The notes beneath the pieces are model-generated. The model searched no databases, had not been told where the DNA came from, and saw nothing but the letters and a program-made list of their open reading frames with translations. A program made the position numbers and the translations under genes. A DNA stretch of 56,219 nucleotides, counting the filler, from Platydemus manokwari (taxonomy: Eukaryota): the NCBI GenBank assembly GCA_037951405.1. It is 5 parts of 5 records of this genome, joined end to end, with 100 filler letters (N's around TTAATTAATTAA, not from the genome) between each part and the next. Parts side by side here need not be neighbours in the genome. Positions count along the whole stretch, not along the records: positions 1 to 8,975 come from JBBMOY011320427.1; positions 9,076 to 24,207 come from JBBMOY011341426.1; 3 more parts are not named here. One strand, given 5' to 3'. This document shows positions 1 through 16,567 of this stretch, piece after piece. Each line of letters opens with the position of its first letter. Position 1 is the stretch's first letter.

Positions 1-907
1 ATTATTATCATATATTTTATGTAGACATCATCATTAAGCATTACTTGATTAAATACTTGTTTTATTTTATTGGAAAAAGACAGAAAACACTGGGAAACAC
101 AATGAGAATAATATAGAATAGCAAATAAAAACATTAATTGTGATTGGAAAATCAACAATAATAACTAAATAAATATTGAAAAATAGGAAAACATAAAGCA
201 AACCAAAGACTAAATTCAAATGAAAACAAACAGAACTAAGTGGCAAAGATCTACACCATTTCTGCAAAATATCATTATAAATATCCACGTCTACTCGGTT
301 TTCAACACACAACAATAAAAAACAAAACGCTATCAAACAAAGACCATATTATTAACAAAAGTATTACGCTTTCAAGAACTTCGAAAATTTTAAATCTACG
401 ATCACAATGTTTTAAAGCTTATTTTTGGAGCATATACACATAATTGTTATCCATACAAGTGAGTGGAGAAACGGAATTCTAATTTCCATTTGTTTATTAA
501 TTCATTGAATTATTACAACATAACCATTTGGTGAGTGATCGTTTTTACATTTGTAATAAATTTTAAATTACAATTTGAATTTATCACTGTATTAATTAAT
601 TTTTAACTTTTCTAACTACTTTCCGTTTGTCTTACAGGTTTTGCAGTGACTCATTTGAATGATTAACTATATAATTAGCCAATCATTGTTATGTTGTTTA
701 ATTGTTTAAAACATTCCATGTTTCTCAAATAAAAGTATTATATCAAAAATATTTGTTTTGATCTAATTATTACTGACAACTAAATTTACCTGTAATTATT
801 TTCATCTTGGATCAAACATTTATTATATTCAGACAATATAATTGAATGTCACGATATGTAATAATGAATAAGTATCCTTTCATACACCCTTAGGCATTTC
901 AGAATAC

Positions 908-1082
908 CTTTTCCATTACCATCGTCCTCGCACGTGCTATTGAGGTCACCGAGAACCAGTAAAAAATTTTCAATAACCCACTTTAAAAACTTTTTAATAT
1001 CTGCATGACTGTGTACATATGAATGTGAAATATCGAAACAGAAGCTCCAATGTGACAAGAGTTTGAGATTTTTTAGGATCGA
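908..1082 (-). CDS. Isolated putative coding exon, unknown protein
   Basis: Flanked by tttcag| and |gtattc. Open for 58 codons (SILKNLKLLSHWSFCFDISHSY...CEDDGNGK) and more GC-rich than its flanks. No family recognised. Confidence 0.3.
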
Positions 1083-3935
1083 CTGAAATCGGTAATTTAT
1101 GTAATTTTTTGAATCATCTTTTAGAGATGATGGTTTTCAATAATTAATCGATTTTAATAATAAAAAATACAATAATCTATCAATGTCTTAAATATATTTA
1201 ATTATAAGCATCACTTAAATTTTTATTGTAGTGTCACACTTCAATGTATAGAAAAAACACATTTAGCAAACATTTCACTTGCATCATAAGTATAATTGTC
1301 TAATAATTTCATTTAATTTGGCATTGGAATTTTAAATAAAACATGATATCGACAAAATTTAAGTACTGTTAATAATGATACAATTTGAATATGTGATGAT
1401 TTGTGATCTACTTAACAGATAGCTTGATGTTTGTACTATTTATTTAGAGATTTATGAGATATATTTGACTAAACATTTATAACAATTATTGCGCATGTAT
1501 ATGTTAGTTGTGCATCATAATTATTAGTAATTAAAAGTATAGTGATAAATGGAATGGGTTACTTACAACCAAATGATAATTCTCTGAGTATTTATGATCG
1601 AATAATTGAAAGATTCACTTCAATGTTTTTATATTTTTTATATCATAACCTATAACAAATCATTTCTTTAACGTATAATAAATTATTACAAGACTAGTAT
1701 AAGCATTATTTTAAAATTTTTAATTTAAATAAAAAGGAAAGTTTGATGAGTTTAAAATAACATTTGAGTGTATATTTTAATTTATCATATTATTTTGTTG
1801 AACCAAGCCTGGTTTTTTAATTAGCAATTGATACTCAGTTAATATATTTATTTAATCGGTTGGATTGATATAAATCCGAATCATTATTTTATGATTGACA
1901 ATGTATGTTGAAAACAAAGTATAAAAATAATTCAATTGGATTTCAGTTACGATTTAAATCAATATTTTTTATACTGAAAAACGAAAGTCATTTGGTGAAA
2001 TTCAATGAAGCATAAAACTATTTAATGATCGCAAATGTTAAATGGTTCTTTATTGAATTGTGTTTAATTTAGAATTAATTATAAATTTATAAAATTATTA
2101 TTTTTAATAAATTTCTGATTACAAATTTCCCATTTGCAATCCTGTCTGATGAAGAATAACAATAATCACGAGATCAAAAAAGAAATTGATTGGTATTTTT
2201 AGAAAGTAATTAAATCTTGTAGATTCTGAACCTGCAGGAGTATCATCGTGATTTGTATTTCTATATAGAAACATGCTATTAATACGGATATATTTTTAAT
2301 CCAGGCCGAATTTCCTGAACGGACACTGCATATCGAAATTGCATAATAAAATTGTTCTTTAATCCTGAACTGACTGTGGGAAATCCTGATTAACCGAATG
2401 GATTCAGTGGCACGTCAAAAATATAAAGAGCATCTTGGACAATAGCTCCGTAGATCTAATTTTCAACTTATTTTTACCATTCTGGATTCCATGAGAACAT
2501 CAACATTTGAGCACAGTTTAAAGAATTAATCAGGGCAAATGTTTTTACCAATTTACTGTCCATGGAAATAAAGTATGATTGTTTCCATGTTGTAGTTCAA
2601 ACAACTTGTACAATTTAAGTCAATCAACAACTTCAATCACATATTCTTAGTTGTTTTCAATGCTTTTCATCATAAATCTTAAAAATCAAAAATGAGAAAG
2701 TTCCATGAAATTTATTATGTGAATTTGAGCTGGACTAACGAAGGATAGAATTCAACTTAATACATGAAAGTAAGAACTCAATTGTATTACAGTATTATAC
2801 AAACTTAATTTTTCAAGTATAATAAAAGCTTATGAAACAGATATTTCAAATGATAAATAACATCAATCAAAATCCAATGTGAGTAGCACCTAATTAAACA
2901 CCAATTGCATAATATACAATGAATAGATTCAGATAAATAGAATAAAATCGAACCACAAACAAAGCAATAGGAAGCTTAAAATACAAACAAATTAAAACAT
3001 CAAACTAAATAATAAATAAAATATCCATGATAACCTAACGAATCTAATTTTTAAGCAAAATCACAACTTTGATGACAGGTGAATTGTGCAAAGGCACACA
3101 ATAAGGTAAATTTAATTATTAAAAATATAAACAGTTTCAGATGATAAACATTCAGAAAAATGTACAGACATAATATTTAGTCATCGGCATACAATATATG
3201 TATATAATTAAAAGGCACCAATTAATACAAATGGAGCACATTAAATATACAATATGTATAACTGAATCAAATAATGTATCACCAAACGATAACAAATTAT
3301 CACAATAGCCATATGAATAAACACCTAAATAGAACCGTTTATTGTTCTAAGAACTAGCATAAAATTCAAATCCATTTTTCTATAGGCAAATAATCAAGAA
3401 AACAATCCATGTTGATACGTCATAATTAACGCTGAAATGAAAGTGTAGAGATATTATGTACAAATAGAAAGCAGTCATGAGTGTTTTGTTGTCGTCTAAC
3501 AATAACAATTGTTTACAGTGAAATGAATCGAACTATTTACAAAATCAAATAATAAGTGAACCGTGTATAACACAAATAAGTATATATGCGCGCAGCACTC
3601 ATACACATTGAATGTTTACATCAAAATAAAAATATTTATCCATCCAACAGTTATAAATTTCATGGCAATATGATGAGCCGTTAAAATGCACATACACCAC
3701 CAATATACATAATCTTATATCATAATGAATCAAATAAAATTTATTGTGTAATACAACACCAACAAGGAAGAAAGAATTGATAAAATCACAGCATTGTTAG
3801 TATTTAGATTAAACTGAAGTGTCAAAAGGAGGTATAATTGGCCAGGTATAGGTTTTATTTATCGTGCAGTAGAAATAATATATAACTTCAGAACATTATT
3901 TACACATTGACATCGTTATTCATATTACAGCCTTT

Positions 3936-7416
<3,481 letters not shown>

Positions 7417-7529
7417 TTAATTCCATGACAAAGGCAAAACTGTCAATTGTATTATAAGAAACATTTAAAGATATAAACAGTATATAATGTATTTAAAAAA
7501 TGTTTCGCATTACCTATTAATTACATTCA

Positions 7530-7990
7530 AATCGGATATAGTTGATATGCCATCTATATTATCGTTGAATCATCAATGTTATATGTGCTTATTCTATGAA
7601 CATTATGCAACACGAGCTCTGCGTTATAGAGAATTACATAATATTATGACTGATAAAACTTCACTGAAATCTAGAAAACACAAAAAACATGACCCCAAAT
7701 TAATGATTGTTCAGCTATAAGAGTGTTGTTTACTAAAACCTAGATTTTAGAAGTTATTTTTAGAAAATTATAACTATGTCATTAATCGAAACATGTTATT
7801 TCTATATCATTTCATTACTAATTGAATTTTGTTTGATTATATCTTAATAATTCAACTATGTTCATACAATAATTTAATTGAAATTAAAAAAACAATCTAA
7901 ACAAATATTTGAAATTCAAGAATAAAAGAAAGATTTTAATTTTATAACACTTCCGAAACGGGCTCTACCAATATTTCTAATGACTTGATA
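7530..7990 (-). pseudogene. Decayed kinase N-lobe sequence, collinear with and upstream of the intact NLK exons
   Basis: In order: YQVIRNIGRARFGSVIK (Gly-loop-like, 7990-7940), ISIKLL (VAIK-like, about 7884-7867), EITCFD**HSYNFLK (alphaC/HxN-like) and YYVILYNAELVLHNVHRI..DDSTII*MAYQLY (ELM..LH..YQ-like, 7645-7530). Contains stops and frameshifts and no usable splice path. Confidence 0.5.
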
Positions 7991-8486
7991 ATAATAATAA
8001 TAATAGAAATTAATTATATAATTCACATTTCAAATTTAAAGATGCAGAATGATTCATCCGACCTACTTTGACATATTCATAACAAATAAAGTTTATAATA
8101 TTTAGCTAGTTATATTTGGAATAAGACAACGACAATAGAACCATATTACCATCTAATATTAACAAAAGTAAATTATCATATTATATATTATTATCATATA
8201 TTTATTTAGGTAGCAATCAATAAACAAAACAAATTTATATCTATAAGAACGATAAATTTCTGATAATTTCCCAGTGACTATTAGCAACATTAATACTGTT
8301 ATAATTCAAGTTGGTGACAGAAAAAACTAGTAATCGCCTTTCATAGAGCCGATGAATAAGTTAAACTGAATTTTATTTGTTTAAAATTTTAGTGGAAAGA
8401 GTTTTATATGAGCAAAACTATGACAAAAAGAATTTTTATATTAATATTATAAATTTATATTTACAAAATTTGGAAAACGATAATTA

Positions 8487-8669
8487 CCGCATTTTCCGGA
8501 CTATAAGTTGACTGATTAATATATTAAATTAAGTTAAAAATGTTTAGCAAAATTTAATGCTCTTCATCATTTAAAATGTCACATTTGCTTATATTAACAT
8601 CATCACGATCATTTTTTTTAAAATACTCCAGTCTTATTATAAGCGAATATAATAGTCCGCAAAATACGG
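8487..8669. mobile_element. Tc2/pogo-like MITE
   Basis: TA|CCGCATTTTCCGGACTAT ... ATAGTCCGCAAAATACGG|TA: imperfect terminal inverted repeats with TA flanks, 183 bp, non-coding. Confidence 0.7.
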
Positions 8670-8705
8670 TAATAATAAAGTGCAAATGATAATCCATTAT
8701 CTTAC

Positions 8706-8836
8706 TGATTCAATACCGGACCATAACTCTTTTTATCTTCTTCGATTATTGACACAACCAATGTAATGAGTCTGTGCCAAAATTCCAAGGATTTCAAATT
8801 ATTCGAATTATCTTCGGCAGAAATATCAATATTTTC
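8706..8836 (-). CDS. unc-13: Single internal exon of Unc-13/Munc13 (MUN domain)
   Basis: cag|[43 protein letters not shown](Q)|gtaag. Closely matches the recalled Munc13 segment [28 protein letters not shown]. Absent from the ORF track. Confidence 0.85.
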
Positions 8837-8975
8837 CTGAATAAAAAAACACAAAAATATTCATTGAAATTTGAAAATCTCATTTGATATAGAATATCTA
8901 TTATACCAGGTTGAGTCAAAAGTTATTCATGTTTTTATGCAGGTATTTTATTAACACAAATTGTTATAACGCTGA

Positions 8976-9075
8976 NNNNNNNNNNNNNNNNNNNNNNNNN
9001 NNNNNNNNNNNNNNNNNNNTTAATTAATTAANNNNNNNNNNNNNNNNNNNNNNNNNNNNNNNNNNNNNNNNNNNN
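8976..9075. other. Artificial contig spacer (N44-TTAATTAATTAA-N44)
   Basis: The same 100-bp spacer occurs four times. The 12-mer is palindromic with stops in all six frames. Confidence 0.97.
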
Positions 9076-10357
9076 AGTCCAGATATATTACAGGCTAATA
9101 TTTTAACAGCCATAAACAGATTTTATATTGATAGCTCATTATTGTATCTGGACATGGGTCTGTTTTGATGAAAATTGATAAATACTTTATTTCATGATTT
9201 AATATTTAATATATTGTTGCATAAATATATAAATTATAATCTCTTGAAGTGATCTATCTTAATAAGCAACTAGAATTAGAAAACTGGGTCAGAAAACAGG
9301 ATTAGACAAAGGTTAAGAACTAATTATTATGAGATCGAACGAAATTTTCAAATCTATAACAATGGTATTTGTTATAACAATAATAATAATAAAATTATAT
9401 TCACTATAACTAATATATATATAGCCAAATAATAACAATGATAGCACACTGAATTCGTTACAAATTCGATAAAAGGAAGAAAATCACATTACAAAACATA
9501 GTATTATCAGAACAACTAGCTCAATGACAAGATAAAAACAGTCATTAATTTCCAAATTAGCGAGAAAATCGTCAATTTTCTCATAAATAAATAATAGAGT
9601 TAAAACAATCAGATTTTATCAGTAATAAATGCAGCACAAATAACGACACCCAAACTACGTCGCGTAAATGAGCGAGTAATTCGTCACATTATAGAATATC
9701 AGAAAATTAATAAAGAAATAATGTAAATTAATTAAATAAAAATAATCTAGCTTAGAATTACAGTATTGTTTAGAATTGGACATTACATCTGATAGTCATA
9801 CAAATCATATAATTAGTCTAATGTTTGATCAAAGTAGCAGAATTGACCCGAGAAAATCGTCATCGAATGAATTTATAAACAGGTCTGATAATGTGATTAT
9901 TTATAGATATTAAGTTTAAAATTTTTAAAAAACGTGGACATTCAACTTGGGTAGACATAAAAACTAAACCAAAGCAAGAGCTAAACCAATGAGCGAGAAA
10001 TTCGCCTATTTGAAAAACAGTAATTTCGATGGGATAATAAATACACGTTCCTGTACGATAGACATACTACAAAGTCCGATCAAAAGTCGCACGTATTTTA
10101 ACTGTTTTGTGACGTAATCAAACAATTATGCAACAGATGGCGCACTGTTAATAAATATACTTGCCGTCACAATCATAAATATCAATATCATCAATAGCAT
10201 TTTCAGATCTAACGTTTTTGTGCCAAAATTTAACCATATAACCATTGACGACGATGGGATGCTAAGCATTTTCTTTTAATTTAATATTATCGTAACATGA
10301 AATTATGCCAAAATTTAGTAATTACATCAATTTTTATTAATAAATTAATCATTTAAA

Positions 10358-11593
10358 TTAATTAAGAAAAATTACTTCAGAATCATCAGTAATATTCTTA
10401 TTAACCAATGATGGAGTGTTGAGATTAAATGATTCCAATTCAACACTACCATTGTCATTGTTTTCCACCTGATTTCCAGTACCACCGATATCTAATGTTG
10501 AATTATCTGTTTTATTAATCTGCAATTCAGATATCGTCTCATTTTTCTTTAATAAATCTCTTAAATATGTCGTCAAATCATTGTACAAGTATTTAAATAA
10601 ATGGTTCTAAAAAATACCTATCAACTTCTTGAAATTCATTTGTATTATTTATCTAAACATCAAATTTTCGGTTGTCAAGTCTCATAAAATAACAGTAAAA
10701 TTTACCTCTGTGAAATCCGACAATTTTGAAAATAATGAAATGCTATTAAAGTAATTTAAAATAAAAACCATATGGAATTTAAATATTAGATTAAAACACT
10801 TCTTTCTTTCAGTTCCGTGTTTTAAAAACTCCTAAGGGTTAAAAACTATATCGAAATGAAAACTATTATTGGAATAATATTAAAGACAAACATAAACATG
10901 ATGTTTACTTGATTCTCACAAATATCCATAAAATTAAAAGTTTATTAAATATACATATAAATAAAATATGCTTATTTATAATTCATTTTCCTTTAAAGTT
11001 TTTTAAATAACTCTGTTATTTAGAACATGCTAAATGGATCAAAAATCGATCAAAAAAGATAATCAATGCAGAAAGAAGAAACATTCGTGCAAATGATTAA
11101 TTACTTGTCATTTATTCTTTATTCGAAGCAGAAATCACACTCAGCGGTTAGAAGAAGTTCAAATCTTTAGATGCTAATTTATTCCGACATTAACTTCCGG
11201 CATATTTTGAGATTTTGGAAATAATCTTGAGATTGGCTTTGTTCATTAGCAATTCAAAGTATTTTTCGTTTCATCGTTGCACTACTTATTTAAATACATT
11301 GATTGATTGCGATTTAAAGTACATTTTAAAATCCTAGTTAAAGAGGAGTCGTCGTTCATTTCCATTTGGCTATTTTCTAGTATCTCTCGTATGGATGTTG
11401 GAGCTACGCATTTGAACAGAATATTTATTGTTCTTTGAAATTGTTCAATAGTTCTTTTTCTCAAATTAATATCATTAACCAACTATTGGGTTTTAATCAG
11501 ATAGATATGTTGGGAAAACACCCACAAAACACCCACCTGATAATATAAATTTGAATCTTTAAAACATTTGCAAAAGCTTTGTAAATGTGCCAT
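10358..11593 (-). pseudogene. Multi-exon gene remnant, unknown family
   Basis: MAHLQSFCKCFKDSNLYYQ|gt..ag|LVNDINLRKRTIEQF.. and ..SKLSDFTE|gt..ag|INNTNEFQEVDRYF.. then ..YLYNDLTTYLRDLL. Splice sites are phase-compatible, but stops and frameshifts lie between the blocks. Confidence 0.4.
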
Positions 11594-14439
11594 GAGTATA
11601 ATGAAACTGTCAATAACCAAATCAATTCAATAACCCAAACCAAATGACTTCAATCAATTGCCATTACCTGTTCAGCGGATCAGTCTTTAGAGATTCTGAC
11701 TCTTAATTCTAAACTCTCAATTTTGAAATTATCTGATTGAAAAGAATAGCAATTCTTTCATTCTTTGATTAAAAAACGATTTTTCAATGGAAACAATTCT
11801 TTAATTCTTTTGAAAAAACAAAAATTCCATTATGATTAATAATCAAATTACTGTTTTATTGATTAATTTTATGTGAGTTGCTTTATTGATTAATAATTTG
11901 GAAGAATAAATAAATTAAATGAAAATAAATAAACGCAATAAATAATTAATAAAGATAATTGAGAGAAAGTACAATATTAAATTACAGATAAAGGAATGCA
12001 ATGAATACGTTTAATCAAGTCGGTCACCCATGTGATCGACCAGTATAAATAGTTGATCAAAAAGCCGATCATTATTATAAACTACATCCCAAAAAACACC
12101 TTCACAATCACCACATCACAACACATAATCTGATCAATTCTGCATTAGCGGATTATAAATAAAGAGCGTGAACATCAGCGCCATCGTTATCGTGTGAGGA
12201 ATTTTCAACAACCAGGAAAATTGATAAAAAGAAATTTTATTCACTTTGAATAATATTAACTCTCTGATTAAGATTACTATAATAATTTCTTTTTCTATAT
12301 GATCATTAATTTATTGACTAATTACAACATTAATTGATTATTAATTAACGTTTAAACTTTCATTGCTAATGCATTTCGATCACTTTCTCCGTCCACTTTT
12401 GGATTCCCATTAATGCACTTTCGTGGTGCACTGGATATTGAATTAAATTTGTTTTTGTTATTGCCATTCGTTAATTGTTGCATTTTCGTTCCTCAATAAA
12501 ATGTGTTTGTATCAAATTAGTTATTGTTCTTGTAGTACGTATTTAGGACTAAATAGCAATTATCAATTCTATCTAATAACAGAAACAATAACTCAATTTA
12601 TTTCAGGAATAATCAATAAACCGTTATACTCAATTGAATATTATAATATTTCTAGACCTTTAGATAAACATTTATTTTTCCTGTAATGTAGTCATCAATA
12701 CTCACTGTCGAAGCCCCTAAGAACTAGTTTATACAATATAAAACAAACAATAATATCTCTGTAATTTAGTAGATATATTCAGGCATCGTAATTTGTAGTT
12801 TATTTTGGTTTAGCGAAACGACGCTCGAGTTTGCTGCAACAAGAGTTAAAATCTCTTTGCAAGGATCTTTTGTAAATGAATAATTAAGGTTACAAATCAA
12901 ATAGCAACGTCATCATACGAATTACTGAAGGTCCAGTGATAGTAAACATAAAATATCTCAGCACAACCTAATATTTAATAAAAATGTAAAAACCAGAAAG
13001 AGTTAACATATATTTTATCTTTATATATAAATGTTTACTCTTTAAATTTATTCTGAAATCAATCCAGTTTTAACATTAACCGTGCACCATCATTTCCATT
13101 GTTCTCTAAAACCCAATTCATTGTTTTTAACATAGTATTGTGTGAGTTAAATTATTTGTATTAGGATTTAAAAAAGAATTTTGAAATTAGATTGAATTGT
13201 TCGGATTTATTGATGATTGATAAAGGTTAAATTTCATTCGAGAATTTTTGGTTTAGAAAATAGATCCAGACTTATCACAGTACCAAACTAATAACAAATA
13301 ATACATTCACGACTGTTGGGATATTAACTATTACATACATAATTGTTATTGTGAAAACGATCTCAAATGAATATTGTTGATTGCAACAATTCAGTAGTGA
13401 CTGTATTGAACCATAACACCCAGAACTCAATAAAATGCTCGATAACCTTTTAGTTGGTTTTAATTTTGAAATAATATTTACAAATTGTACATTCCCAATG
13501 ATGTTTGACTGCATTTTGGTACTATTTTTATGCGATGCATACGCTATTTACAAGGATTCTCTTGAAAAAAATAAAAAAAATATGATGATAAATCATCAGA
13601 TACATTAAAAATACAATGAAAACCGAACTATTCGAAATATTTTTAGCGATGATGCATCAATAAATGAATTTTCGAGCATCAAATTCGCACAACATAAAAC
13701 CTTTGGTAGACAGGATTCGCTAAGCCAAATCAAAAAACCAATTTCCCATAGGACCAAAGTACATTAAAATACACTGGTAAAATATAAGCGAGCTGCAATG
13801 ACTATTTGACTAACCAAAATGAATGAAGAAAACCGTGTGGAAGGTAATCGAAATTCTCTGCCTAATTTTTTATGAATGATAAATATTATGTAAAACTTCC
13901 AAATGAATAATTCTAACGAATTTCAAAACTTAAATGAGGTAGCTACCACTAACACTGTGGAAACTTATGAAATCAATGGAAAAGAAATGAATCACTAAAT
14001 TATCCTTGCTAAGATCACAAAAGCTAATTTTGAAAAGCAGAAAATAATACAATAAATCCCCATTGTCAGCAATAATTCAAGAATTCTTACAAGAGTACGA
14101 AGATACGCTGACAGCATCTCATAAAATAGACGCGCACTAGGAAGGAAATATGGACAAGAAATAAATGATTTTTATGGATCAATGCTTGTAATGGTCGTTA
14201 TTTCTATTTCTGTTTGATCTTACAGATTCTGATCTCAGTGATTCGGTGATTGATCTTGTTATTTCGAGCGTAACTTAGAGTGCAAGCGTTGATGATTTGA
14301 TTCTAAACTATAGACTTGTAATTTCTAAATATAACTTTGAATATTTAGTGATATTTATAGATAAATATTCGAGTTTCCTATTGTTTCTTCTTTACCAACA
14401 AATTATTTAAACCCAAAGGTTACTTAACTCTTATCAATA

Positions 14440-14800
14440 ATTATGCTAATTACTTGAAGAGCAATCCCTATTTTCGACTTATAATAAATCTTATTAAAAG
14501 CCATCAATTCATCATTTTGGTAAAAAAATTTGTGATTTTAAGTAAATTGAGGACAACCATCACAATAGATAAATAGTAATACCACCATCATTAAATAGAA
14601 CTTACACTGTTCATAAAATTCACAAATAACATTTTCGTCAAAGTCAGACTATAGTTTCTTCCAAAAAGCAGGGTTTTCGAGAAATTTGCCTTGTTTACTT
14701 AAAGTTATCGTTTGAAGGATTTCTTTAAAATTTGGAGCAAAGTCAAGATGCTAATAATTTATTATTGTAGAAACAAAAATAGGACTGATATTATGGTTTA
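14440..14800 (-). mobile_element. Possible Penelope-like RT relic
   Basis: FNKIYYKSKIGIAL resembles FNxxxYxQxxGxAMG, with ISPIFVS (RPIVS-like) upstream. Heavily degraded. Confidence 0.25.
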
Positions 14801-15118
14801 ATTTTTAAGATTTAAAGTCTAAGCAAGCGTCACAACTTATGAACAACTTTTCATCAATTTCTAAGCAACATCATCATAAAATTGAGAGTCCTATTGAAAT
14901 TAATTTAAATATTGAAATTAAATTAAAATATTTTTGTCACACCTATCTTGAAAGTAATTTTATTCAGGCAAATCAAAAATATTTTCAATTGAAAGTCAAA
15001 AACATTTATCCAAATTTGTTTAATAAATAATTTAATGTAATCGGTCTTTTACTATATTGGAAAAATGTTTAAATAATGTTTAATTTATCACAAAGAATTT
15101 TTCATTTTAATATTCATA

Positions 15119-16254
15119 ATGAATTCACAAACTGTTGATGACTTGAAAATTATGTCTCTTAATCCTCTGTCTTCCAGATTAATTGGCCAAGTAAAAAATG
15201 AATTTAAATGTAGCTTTTTATATAAAATTTACTAATTAACAAACTTTTTACTAAATGTAAATGCAATTAAATTTATAAAGTTTCTTAAACTTTTTAAAGC
15301 TAAAGTAAATAAAACTAAATCAAAGTTGATCAATATTTATTTTGAAGGATTTTACTTGTATTGGTGGTTTGATTCTGCTATTATCGAACGCGGAAGAGAA
15401 AGTTATTTCAGATATATTAGAGGTATTATGGAGAATTATTATTCTAATAATCAAAAATGTGTTTTTACTTTAGATTTTTCATAATTTAATTATAAATGAT
15501 AGTAATAAACAGTATTTGAAGGAATTTATTGGCATTAAACAGCAATTAGAATGTTTGGAATCTAAGTAGATAATATGAAAAATTAATTTTGTATATTATT
15601 AAAATTGATAAGATTTTTGAGTGGAACACTAATTCATTTATCAGCCACGAAATTGAAAAAGAAACTATTCAAAGATGATTTGAAACGACATAAGAGGTTT
15701 TAAACATTAGATTTCGCATGTTAAATTAATGATTGTGTTTCAGTATTATTAAAAAAGAACCAAAATCCAAGGATGGTTTCAAGATCAGGAATTCTCGAAG
15801 CTATGCTATTGAATTGAAAGGTTTGAACGATATGGTTATTAATAGTATTTATGATTTAATATCAAATAATAACAATTTTCTCCAATAGACATTAGTAGAA
15901 GAAATCAAAAACAATCTTGTTAATCTAAATGGAGTGATGAGTATCACTTTTCAATTGAAAAAAAAGCGAGTCATAGTTCGTGCTTGCTCTACATTGACCG
16001 AGGGTGCCATTGTTGAAGCGATATCGACATCGTCCGATCAACTTTCGGCTGAAATAATTGGCCTGTCGAAAAGTTTTAACGATATCACGCTGAGAAATTG
16101 TTCAATTGGCTCCAATCGATCATATTTTCCCGAACCTGCTACGGTCAGTGATGAGCAACAAAATTTGCCCGCAATCGATAAATATCCCTCTCGAACTGGA
16201 TTAGGATCGCTCTTAACAAGATTTTCTCAAGCCTTTAGTAATTATCTTTGGTAA
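15119..16254 (+). CDS. ARMC1: Armadillo repeat-containing protein 1 (six exons: 15119-15190, 15348-15422, 15474-15565, 15613-15696, 15744-15834, 15889-16254; 259 aa)
   Basis: GT-AG introns give a 780-nt spliced ORF. MNSQTVDDLKIMSLNPL..QDFTCIGGLILLL.., NGVMSITFQLKKKRVIVR and the C-terminal LLTRFSQAFSNYLW match recalled ARMC1 (LAADPLN..QDQGCLPGLILF; GVISFTFQ..RCVVR; ..FLSRSFYW). Confidence 0.85.
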
Positions 16255-16567
16255 AATGGCAAATGTGTGTATAATAAATAGTTTCATATCTGTTTGCCAA
16301 TATTGATTCATCATGGACTCCTGTTAATAGCGCCATTATTTAAATAAACGAATTAAATTGACTTTGTTTTTGATTTGTTTCGATCACAATATCATATCAT
16401 TCGCTGGATCAATATTTCATTCTTGTGATTTTTAATGGGTTATTCGGCTAAAGTTAATAAAGGTCCTTTAAATATTTTTTTTTTCATTTTGTTGTGTGTA
16501 TTTTGAAAAACTATATCATTTATTAAAAGGCATTTTTGAATTTTCGTTGAATTTTTATTTGTCAAAA

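Noticed and set aside
7514-7670. AG..GT-bounded segment as the next unc-13 exon or an intact NLK exon
   Set aside because: It has stops in all three frames and does not encode FPQELN. Only degenerate kinase similarity remains.
9020-9031. TTAATTAATTAA palindrome as a biological element (also at 24252, 33380 and 43669)
   Set aside because: It is always centred in exactly 44+44 Ns, so it is an artificial linker.
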